A stretch of 42,733 nt of DNA from a virus. Location of the stretch: IMG/VR virus record IMGVR_UViG_3300050335_000080. One strand, 5' to 3'. The notes under the pieces were generated by a model that was given only the letters and a program-made list of their open reading frames with translations, was not told the DNA's origin and did not search any database. Within the stretch, counting starts at the first letter, position 1. Every line of letters begins with the position of its first letter. The position numbers and the translations under genes are program-made. Below, piece by piece: positions 6,653 through 15,100 of this stretch.

Positions 6653-7036
6653 TCACCTCCGCCACGCCTGCACTGTCCCGGACTCCGGCCGCCTCACGTC
6701 GATATGGATCACATTTTCCGTGACTTCATACGCGTACCCCACGTACAGCGCGTTCGCACGCACCAGGATCCTCAGCACCCGCAGCAGGTCTTTGGCAGTC
6801 CATCCCTCCGCGCAGATATCCGCCGCCAGCCCCAGGAGATGCTGTGAGTTTTTCGCGCCCCCCACGGCCGCGTTGTGCGCAGTACACCGCCGGCCGCTGG
6901 TCACGGTGATCGGCACTCCCAGGATATCTCTCAGTCGCTGCAGTACCTCGATCAGAAACGGGGAGACCTCGGCCTCCCCGCACCCGCATTTGCACGCGAA
7001 TTCATGTCGCGAAAAGTTCCGGCTCAGATCTCCCAC
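6653..7036 (-). CDS. Endolysin, peptidase M15 (YcbK/Peptidase_M15_3-like zinc D,D- or L,D-peptidase)
   Basis: FSRHEFACKCGCG..., TSGRRCTAHNAAVGGAKNSQHLLGLAADI and VIHIDV fit the H..D...H metal-site pattern of M15 cell-wall peptidases. GTG start. Confidence 0.8.
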   Translation of the reverse strand: MGDLSRNFSRHEFACKCGCGEAEVSPFLIEVLQRLRDILGVPITVTSGRRCTAHNAAVGGAKNSQHLLGLAADICAEGWTAKDLLRVLRILVRANALYVGYAYEVTENVIHIDVRRPESGTVQAWRR

Positions 7037-7041
7037 ATCGA

Positions 7042-8460
7042 TCAGTCCTTAATCGCGAGCACCAGCTCGATATCCGCTCCGCCCGCCAGGTTCGCCGTCA
7101 CCGGCTCGATGGGCTCCAATCCACCCTCGAGGAACACGTTCTCGTACACGCCCGACTCCAGGACGACCGCGCCGCCCTCCAGGGGAACCTCGTCCACCGT
7201 GATCCCCTCGCCCAGGGCAATCACCGGCGCCCCGTTGTATCCGGCATTCCCCGTCACGGAAAACGCCGCCACGCTGATGTTGGCCACCTTGCCGCCCTCG
7301 ATGGCCCGGATGGCCCCCTGGATCACCGCCGCCGCATTGCTGGAAGCAGTCTCGTTCGCCAGCAGGATGGAGATCACGCCGCCTTCGGCCGTTACCGCCA
7401 GGGCGTCGGAGTCATTCACGTCGATCGAAATCTTGATCCCGTTGGACGCCGGCCCCCAGACCCCGGAGGCGAACGTGAGGGTCTTCCCCTCGGCCACCGT
7501 AATCGTCTTGCTCGCATAGACCGGAGCGAGAGGGGCGCTGTCGTACGCCGCGTTGCCCACCACCGTCATGGCGCTCACGTCGAGAGTCTCGCCATCGGGG
7601 CCGAGCGCCAGGAGAGCCTGCACCGCCGCCTCGATGAGATTGTCGGCATTTTTCGATCCCGTGGTATTGGCCAGCTTCACCAGGATATCGTAGGTGCCGG
7701 CCGGGTTCGACACGGCCAGAGTATCGTTGGCCGCCGTCTCCAGGGTCACGGAAATCACGTTCCCGGCAGGCCCCTTCACTCCGCTCGTGAACGTCAGCGT
7801 TTTTGCGCCGAAGGTGAACGTCTTCGCCGCCGCCGTCCGTGCCGGAGGCGCCGCGTCGTACTGTGTGGACCCTGCCACCGTCATGGCGGACACGTCGATG
7901 GCCTCGTCGCCGGCCCCCACCGTGGACAGTGCCTGCACCGCCGCCTCGATCAGATTGTCCGCGTTTTTCGACCCCGTAGTGTTTGCCAGGGCAATGATGA
8001 TCTTCTTGAGGCTGTCGACCTTGCTCACCGCCAGGTTGTCGTCCGCCGCATTTTTAAACTCCACGACGATTTCGTTCGAGGCGATCCCCTTCACGCCCGA
8101 AGTCACCGTCAGGGTTTTGCTGTCGCCGAAGTCAAAGATGCGCTTCGCCGCCGCGTTCCCCTCCTGGGTCACGGCCGAAGCGGACGTCCCGCTGCGGAGC
8201 TTGATAAAATTCCACGGCGCCAGATCCAGGGCGATGCTCGACAGACTGACGTTCCGCGACGCCGCAGCCGTTGCGGACACCTCTGTGCCCGTATCGTTAT
8301 ACAGGTCCTGCCAGGTAACCCCGTCGTGGCTCACTTGAAACGTGATCGCCGTCGCTCCTGCGGCCCAGCCGGCAGGTATCGAGAGACCGTGGAATTTCCC
8401 GTTCCCTACGTCAACCTTGTGGGAGAGGCTTTCCCCTGAAGCAATAGTTGCTGTTCTCAC
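7042..8460 (-). CDS. Virion-surface/fibre-associated protein with three tandem repeats of about 105 aa
   Basis: GTG start after GAAGGAGGG. It lies between the receptor-binding genes and the lysis cassette. It has a Thr/Ala/Gly-rich, beta-type composition. Confidence 0.7.
   Translation of the reverse strand: MRTATIASGESLSHKVDVGNGKFHGLSIPAGWAAGATAITFQVSHDGVTWQDLYNDTGTEVSATAAASRNVSLSSIALDLAPWNFIKLRSGTSASAVTQEGNAAAKRIFDFGDSKTLTVTSGVKGIASNEIVVEFKNAADDNLAVSKVDSLKKIIIALANTTGSKNADNLIEAAVQALSTVGAGDEAIDVSAMTVAGSTQYDAAPPARTAAAKTFTFGAKTLTFTSGVKGPAGNVISVTLETAANDTLAVSNPAGTYDILVKLANTTGSKNADNLIEAAVQALLALGPDGETLDVSAMTVVGNAAYDSAPLAPVYASKTITVAEGKTLTFASGVWGPASNGIKISIDVNDSDALAVTAEGGVISILLANETASSNAAAVIQGAIRAIEGGKVANISVAAFSVTGNAGYNGAPVIALGEGITVDEVPLEGGAVVLESGVYENVFLEGGLEPIEPVTANLAGGADIELVLAIKD
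7225..8154 (-). repeat. Three in-frame tandem repeats (about 315-321 nt each) inside the 472-aa protein
   Basis: The units start near aa 103, 210 and 316. They begin KTLTVTSGVKG.., KTLTFTSGVKG.. and KTLTFASGVWG... The segment ANTTGSKNADNLIEAAVQAL is identical in units 1 and 2, and the DNA there is nearly identical (7617-7675 vs 7931-7989). Confidence 0.85.
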
Positions 8461-8520
8461 CGTATTCCCTCCTTCTGTATTTCAAAAAATGACCGCTGCC
8501 GATATCAACAACCTACGCTT

Positions 8521-9609
8521 CTATCGCTTGCATAGGCGAGATCCGACCGTTGCGTGTTTGTCGCTAGTGGTATAGGAAAAGGTACTGTACATTGCGCCTG
8601 TAACCGCAGAAGAAGCGTAATAGCCGCATGAGGCAATCTTGTTCACATGCCCGGCAGCTCTTCCAGAATAGTCCGGCAGAAATGCTGATGTGTCTGATCC
8701 AAGGGTGGCAGCGAGAAAGAGAAAATTGAACGCTCCACCGGAAAACAACAATTGGGCATAGCTGCCAGCGGTGTCAACAGGGCATACGCTATCTGTTGCT
8801 GAATACAAGGAACCCTGAGGCTCGCTCCAATGTTCAATTTTCCCGGAGCCGTCAATCCTCACTCCATCCATCCACTCAGACCGAACGTCAGTAGCCCCGG
8901 TAGGGCCATAGGCAAAATGGTTAATGCCCCTGTAAATACAATCGTTCAGGTTTGTTCGAGATGCCTCCGGCACCAACTGGAACGTCGATTTCTCTATCAC
9001 CGCTCTGGCTAGCAGTTCTTGCCATTCAAACAATGAGACCATGTGATACCCCTCACCGTTTGCCGCACATTGCGTCTGATAGTCCGTGAATGTTACGTTG
9101 CCCAGAACGGTCGTTAAGGGCTTGGAACCGATTTTCCCGTCTCCTGCGTTGTGCCCTCGATACTTTCCGATGGCTACTGAATCCAGCCACGATTCCCCAG
9201 ACTTGTACACGTACTGGTTCGCGGCAAAAACGCATTCCACTCCATGCAGGGTGATAGTGACAGGGGTCGGCGACAAGAGCATGGTCCATCGTGACGTTGT
9301 GCCATCTGTGATATCCGGGAGATTCCCTCGCCACCAGTAGGCTCTTGGCAACGCACAGAATACGTTCCCCTCTGCGTCGGTCGTTTCCTCAAAAGCATAA
9401 CTCGGATGCTCGTCAAAATAAGAAGCGGCGAGGGTTGCTTCTGCAATGATTCCGCTATCTCCAGCAACAAACACCTCTCCTGTGGACACCTGTTTAAGCG
9501 TCGCACCATTAACTCCACGCCCCCCAGTGTCCTGCACGCCGATGATGGTGGTGGTTCCGACAGGGGCAGCTATGTGTCTTGCCGCCCACATCATGAGAAG
9601 ATCACTCAT
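8521..9609 (-). CDS. Receptor-binding/tail-fibre candidate with an FGE-sulfatase/C-type-lectin-like C-terminal fold
   Basis: GYHMVSLFEWQELLARAV, DVRSEWMDG and the C-terminal ...ATVGSRLCKR resemble the xLPTxxEWE, NVWEW and xxGFRC landmarks of FGE/CLec-fold proteins. It lies downstream of the tailspike. By eye, GC is about 50%. Confidence 0.55.
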   Translation of the reverse strand: MSDLLMMWAARHIAAPVGTTTIIGVQDTGGRGVNGATLKQVSTGEVFVAGDSGIIAEATLAASYFDEHPSYAFEETTDAEGNVFCALPRAYWWRGNLPDITDGTTSRWTMLLSPTPVTITLHGVECVFAANQYVYKSGESWLDSVAIGKYRGHNAGDGKIGSKPLTTVLGNVTFTDYQTQCAANGEGYHMVSLFEWQELLARAVIEKSTFQLVPEASRTNLNDCIYRGINHFAYGPTGATDVRSEWMDGVRIDGSGKIEHWSEPQGSLYSATDSVCPVDTAGSYAQLLFSGGAFNFLFLAATLGSDTSAFLPDYSGRAAGHVNKIASCGYYASSAVTGAMYSTFSYTTSDKHATVGSRLCKR

Positions 9610-9757
9610 TATGTATTACCGGGCCTGTAATATAACTACCCGAAATCACGATAGGGTTGCTTGTAACTGTGTGCGGTGTGGAAATAGCTGCAACAGTCAC
9701 ACGGGCGGCATCGTAGTGCTCAGGCTTCAGTTCATGAACATGTTCCGGGAACTGCAT
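9602..9757 (-). CDS. Small protein (51 aa) coupled to the receptor-binding gene
   Basis: AAAGGAGG lies 7 nt upstream of the ATG at 9757. It overlaps the start of the next gene by 8 nt. Confidence 0.5.
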   Translation of the reverse strand: MQFPEHVHELKPEHYDAARVTVAAISTPHTVTSNPIVISGSYITGPVIHNE

Positions 9758-9783
9758 AGCATATCCTCCTTTTGGTTGTATTA

Positions 9784-9825
9784 ATAAAAGCAAGAAGGAT
9801 ATGAGGATTGCCCCATACCCTTCTT
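9784..9825 (-). terminator. Terminator-like hairpin after the tailspike gene
   Basis: The minus strand reads aagaagggtat-(loop)-atatccttctt, an 11-bp stem with one mismatch, followed by GCTTTTATT. Confidence 0.45.
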
Positions 9826-9837
9826 TATTAGTAGTTT

Positions 9838-12138
9838 TTAGAAATTATCCGCTGTCATGTAAGTGCCTGAGAAAGTTACTGTCCCTTCTGAGATTGTCCA
9901 AGGTGTTGACATAACGCTATATGCACCTGTAGTTGCATCATATTTACGGAGATATATTGAAGTTCCTGATATCATAATCATAAGTTCTTCATTGTCAGCG
10001 TAAGTTAATCCTCCGCCTAAATATACATTTACTTTTTGTGCTATCTGAGACGCATAAGGCAAACCTGTCAAAATTGCAGCGGTAAGCACTGTGTTTACAG
10101 GTAATTCTACAACATAACTCACCATATTTCCCAAGCGTTCATAACGTGCAGTATATGTTCCAGTTATACCTGTTAAAGTAAAAGTGCCTTTTTCAAACAT
10201 TGTAAAAGTGTTAAACAGTTCATTAGTCTTAGTTGCTCCTGTTTTATCAGGCTGTGTTACAGGATTTTGTGAAATAGAGTATTTATAATCAGCAGTCTTA
10301 ATATAATTTCCTACAATATTAAGATTCTGTGCCTTAGTTGTGCTGTGAACCACTATACCATAAATAAACTCTTGCACACCGGGATTACTTGTGTATGGCT
10401 GAATCAGATTATTACTTATATTTCCGCTAAGACATTCCTTAACTATTATTCCCCCCTCATTCCAAATAGGAGGTGTGTTAATAGAATCCAGATAAGGGTG
10501 TATACAGCAGTTATGTATGTCAAAAGAATCACTATAATGTATAAAAATATCTCCTTTAAAATTACCTTCCAACATACTGTTTGCGATTTCAATACCTCTG
10601 GGCAATGCTTCTGTCTCAGTTTTTTGGATTTTAATACCATACCCACAACACAGAGATATGGTACAACCTCTAAAGCGTACTGAAGCACCTCCACCGACAT
10701 AACCATTAGAATGACAGCGTCTCAGCGAACAATCTGTAAATGTTAAAGAACCTGGTCTTGATTTAATTGCCTTAATGCCATCCCCAGAAATCATATTCAT
10801 ATAAATATTTTCAAAGGTACAAGCAGCTGTGGTATCTATATCATCCCGCCCTCCTGTAGTTTGACCTCCAATTACCAACCCATCACCATAAATATTTTCA
10901 ATGAGAATATCTTTAAAAGATGAATTCCATATTGCTCTTAGGTATAGACCTATGACAGGTGTTGTGTCTTCTTCATTTTTCCATCTGCCTTTAATGCATA
11001 TATTACTGAGACTGTTGTTAAATTGTGCTACAGGGTGTAGATCATAATAATCTGTTCGGTTATTTACATTCCCATCAAAGGATATAATAGGTTTTCCTGA
11101 AGGGAATAAAGCAGCCTGCCTGATAATTGTGTTATTTTTTGATTCCCCTGTAATACGTCTTCCATTTTTGACCCACATACCATACTCAGCAACGCTCAGG
11201 TATATGTCTTGATCATCAGTACCATATAACAATGTGTCGCTGACAAGGTAATCACCATTAGGGATAAACACGTCTCCTGCATCGACCGCTCTTTGGAGGG
11301 CTGCCGTATCATCGGTTACACCGTCACCTGTCGCTCCGAACCACCGTGCGTTGACTAGCAGGCGGTATCCAATTGCCACCGTCCCCTCCCCTCCGAATAT
11401 CTGCCATAGACCAGCGTCTATTGCGCCGTTGATGGTGAGTGTCGTGCCAACGGCTGGCTGTAACTGTCCTGCCCTTTTGAACGAGAGAGCCACGTTGCTT
11501 GGAATGGCGAGGTCAGCTGCTATAGGAATGGTGGTGGCTATAACGAGTGAAGCGTTGGACGCACCTATGGCAGCCAGTTTTGCTCGAAGGTCTGCCTCGT
11601 CTAGAACAATGTTGACATCGAGTTCGTCAGCTATAGCGGGGAGCATGTTGGCGTAGCCTTCAGCGGTTTCAGCTGCCGATATGGCGATGTCCCGCGCCTC
11701 GAGCAGTCCCTCGGCCGTCACCTCTTCACCCTCGTATCCCTCCCCCATTTTTACCGCCCGAGATACCGACTCGTCTATCTGCTGGATCATCATCACCAGC
11801 CGGTCCGTGTTGTCCTCCAGAGTCTCCGGGTAGAGGTTCGCCTGGTTCGACGGGTCGAAGAACTGCTGCCGGACATCCAGCAGCCGCAGGATCGTCAGTT
11901 TCTCTCCCGTCTCCAGGGGGCTCCCCGACGTGGGATAGGTCAGCGTCCCCGTCTCCGCATCGACGGAAAAGGCCGTCACCTCCGTCACCTCGCCCCGCAG
12001 GTTCGTTCTGAAGACGTGGATCAGCGACGTGTCCGGAGCCCCCGCGGCCGTGATCGGTAGATCAAAATCGTACGGCCAGTCCGTTGTCAGCCCGTTCCCC
12101 TCGTACACGTGTTTGTTGTAGTCCTTTGATACGGTCAT
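9838..12138 (-). CDS. Tailspike/depolymerase: podovirus tail-fibre N-terminal anchor plus a pectate-lyase-type right-handed beta-helix
   Basis: The N-terminus HVYEGNGLTTDWPYDFDL...LTILRLLDVRQ is typical of tail-fibre adaptor domains. ARWFGATGDGVTDDTAALQRAVDAGDVFIPNGDY is the Pectate_lyase_3 signature. RBS GAGGAGG. Confidence 0.85.
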   Translation of the reverse strand: MTVSKDYNKHVYEGNGLTTDWPYDFDLPITAAGAPDTSLIHVFRTNLRGEVTEVTAFSVDAETGTLTYPTSGSPLETGEKLTILRLLDVRQQFFDPSNQANLYPETLEDNTDRLVMMIQQIDESVSRAVKMGEGYEGEEVTAEGLLEARDIAISAAETAEGYANMLPAIADELDVNIVLDEADLRAKLAAIGASNASLVIATTIPIAADLAIPSNVALSFKRAGQLQPAVGTTLTINGAIDAGLWQIFGGEGTVAIGYRLLVNARWFGATGDGVTDDTAALQRAVDAGDVFIPNGDYLVSDTLLYGTDDQDIYLSVAEYGMWVKNGRRITGESKNNTIIRQAALFPSGKPIISFDGNVNNRTDYYDLHPVAQFNNSLSNICIKGRWKNEEDTTPVIGLYLRAIWNSSFKDILIENIYGDGLVIGGQTTGGRDDIDTTAACTFENIYMNMISGDGIKAIKSRPGSLTFTDCSLRRCHSNGYVGGGASVRFRGCTISLCCGYGIKIQKTETEALPRGIEIANSMLEGNFKGDIFIHYSDSFDIHNCCIHPYLDSINTPPIWNEGGIIVKECLSGNISNNLIQPYTSNPGVQEFIYGIVVHSTTKAQNLNIVGNYIKTADYKYSISQNPVTQPDKTGATKTNELFNTFTMFEKGTFTLTGITGTYTARYERLGNMVSYVVELPVNTVLTAAILTGLPYASQIAQKVNVYLGGGLTYADNEELMIMISGTSIYLRKYDATTGAYSVMSTPWTISEGTVTFSGTYMTADNF

Positions 12139-12154
12139 TGCCAGTCCTCCTCAT

Positions 12155-12180
12155 TGAAAAGGGGGCCCTGAGGCCCCCTT
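12155..12180 (-). terminator. Hairpin (partial terminator?) between the giant gene and the tailspike gene
   Basis: 9-bp stem aagggggcc/ggccccctt (12159-12167 and 12172-12180) with a 4-nt loop. The minus-strand RNA would end ...CCCCCUUUUCA. Confidence 0.45.
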
Positions 12181-12181
12181 C

Positions 12182-15100
12182 CTATCGTCTGCCCTTCTTC
12201 TTCGGCGGCGTGATCACGAAATCCCACGGGCTCCAGTCCCGGTCATTGTCCAGGTACCGGCCCACCGCCTTCATGGTCCGCATGATCTGGTTGCTCGGCA
12301 GCCCGAACACCGGCCCGGAGATCTCCACCAGATGCCCCGGGATCTTCTCCCAGTCCGGCTCGTCTCCCCCGAGACCCCATTCCGCAGTCTTCAGAAGATC
12401 AGTCATCACCTTGGCCGCCGCCGTCCCCGCCGACGCCATGGGGCTCATCCGGTAGGAGAACCCGGACGACGCAGCGTTCACCACGTCCCGCACAAGGATC
12501 AGCTGGGACGCGCCGTACTGCAGCGTGGAATTCAGAGCCCACCGCAGAATGTCGTCGGGCTCGTCCTCCTCCGGCCCCCGGCCGGACATGAGGTCCTCCA
12601 GGAGCGCCGGCAGCACGTACATGGTCAGGGCAAAGGCCGCCAACCTGGGGATGTCCCTCACCCCGTGGCCCCGGAACCACTGCTCCCTGGTCTGCTGGAA
12701 CATGGAGCCGAAGGCCGTGTAGAACATGGTCATGCTCTTCCATGCCGGGGATCCCTGCTGGATCGCCGCCAGGTCCTTCGCCGCCCCCGTGTTCTGGGTG
12801 CTGCGCACCACGAAGTCCGCGTACTCCAGCGCCTTCGCCTCGTCGCCGTTGAACTCCAGCATGCCCTTGTCCCAGGCGGCCGTCCACACCGGCAGGCTCA
12901 CCGCCATATCCATCCATCCAGCGAACAGGAAGAAGGTCTCCTGCACCGCGCTCCACCTGCCCCGCACCGGCGACGCTGTCACGGCCTCCATGGCCGCCTT
13001 CACGTCCCGGTCGAAAGACCGTACCCGGTCCCGCAGGTACTCCGACTTTCCGAAGGCGAAATCCCGCATCTCTCCCCACTGGAAAGGGTTCCGCCAGAAG
13101 TTGAACGCCGCCAGCGCCGTGCGCTTGTACCCCAGCACCTGGACGGCGGGGAACCACCCGAAGACCTGCTTCGCCGCCGAGGAGAGGGACCATCCCAGGA
13201 TGGCCGCCGACGTCCGCCCCATCACCTTCTGCATCATCTGCTCGCCGTAGTTCGACGGCGTACGGTAGGCGTTCGCCAGCCCGTTCACCCACGGCTGGAA
13301 CTGCTTGAAGGCCTCCATGCCTATGGAGCCGATGATGGTCTTCTGCACCTGGGGATCCGCCAGCAGCTTGTTCAGGTCCCGGATGACGGGGCGGAAGTAC
13401 AGGTCATGGAGGGCGTCCCGCAGGTGCTCCGTCTCAACGCCGAGGTCCAGCCGCAGCAGCCGCTTCCCCCGTTCGCCGTGGTGCCGCTCTTTCGTGTGGC
13501 CGCTCTTGGTGTGCGCCCTGCTTCCCTGGGGGGCGTAGAGGGCCTTCGACGTTTCTTTCTCGGACACCACGAAGTTGTCCCAGTTCGACTCGGGCCGGAA
13601 CTTCAACGTCATATACCCGCCCCGGTAGGTCACCCCGGAGGCGCTCGTCACCGGCAAGTGCTTCACCTTCTTCGGCGTCACCCCGGTGACCTTCTTCGAC
13701 ATGGCCGCGATATCTCCCCAGTACGATTCGTTCAGGTCCCACACCGCCTGGGCGACCTCGTAATCCTTCTCTTCCAGCACCTGGGAAAAGAGCTTTTCCA
13801 CTTCGGCGGATCCCATGCGGAAGGCCGCCCAGTACTCCTCGTCGCTGCCGTAGTGGATCCATCCCTTGCCGGAATTCCACACGGTCCGGTCGAACCCGTA
13901 GCCGAACACCACCTCTTCCCTGTTCTCCAGGGCGCCCCAGTTCAGCAGCAGGGCGATCACGTTCTCCCTGCTCAGCACCAGGGGCTTCCCCGTGGACGGG
14001 TCGAGCTGCTGGAGGGTGTATTTCTTCTTCGTCATCTCCCCCCGCTCCTCAGACGAATAGACCGAAAAGATCGTCTCGAGGCGGCTCTTCGCCTCCCGCA
14101 TCCGTTTCATCTCCGCCCGCTCCGCCTTCACCACGGGATCGAAGAACGTCAACCAGGCGACCGCCATGTCCTTGAATCCGTCCAGCCTCCGGAGGATGTG
14201 CTCCACCCGGTCCGAGGACGCCAGGTATCTCCCGATCACCCCCGCGCCCCGGTAGTCCGGGTCCAGGGGCGTCTCCTTCATTGTGCCGTGGACCGCCGTC
14301 ACCGAGGCCTCCAGGTCCGCCTTCGCCTTCGCGAAATCCGCCTCCCGCTCCGCCGCCAGCAGCTTGTTCCGGCTGCGGCCGAAGTAGTCGATGGCCTCCA
14401 CGGCCTCCACAAGTTCCCGGAACTCCGTCACCGTCAGGTCCTTCCAGGACATTTTCCGGTCCTTGTAGTCGTCGGTGATCAGCCATTTTGCCACCGGCAG
14501 CTCGGCCCCCTGGTTGTTCGGGTCCGCGCCGATCTGGGCATTCGCGGCCGCCACCCACTCCCCCAGGTGGGGACGGTCCCCGCTCAGCTCGTCCTCGCCG
14601 TTGAAGCCGTACCGCTCCGTCAGGCCCATGACCTGGGCGAAATGCTCCTCCCCGATCACCGCCCGGAGGCGCTTCCGGCCGCCCCAGTACTTCTTCAGGT
14701 GTTTCTCGGCCTTCTCCATCTCGTCCCGCGCCGCCAGGGACGCCTGGTACAGCGCCGTGGACATCATCTCCCGGTCCTTCGCCGCCAGGGACTCCTCGTA
14801 CCGTCCCTTCAGAGCCAGCTCGTAGGCCTCCCTGCCCGCCTTCCTCGCCGCCGCCAGGTACCGCGACGCCGCCCGGGCGTCCCGCACCCGCTTATCTGCG
14901 ATCAGCTGCTCCGCCACCTCGCGGTACGCCCGCACCTGGGCCGACATCTGCCGGGCCTGCTGGGCCGTGGTCTCCCAGGCGGACGGCTGGTCCTCCATCT
15001 GCTCCGGACCGAACTGGAGATCCCCGATCTTCCGCGCCAGAATCGCCTGCTCCAGGGCCAGCAGCCGGAGCCTCGCCTCGCCGGAGAGCATCTCCTCCGC

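Noticed and set aside
8521-8660. An active diversity-generating retroelement acting on the C-terminus of the CLec-like protein.
   Set aside because: By eye I found no second copy (template repeat) of this ~140-nt segment anywhere in the window. No ORF carries reverse-transcriptase motifs such as YxDD. Only the protein-fold resemblance is reported.
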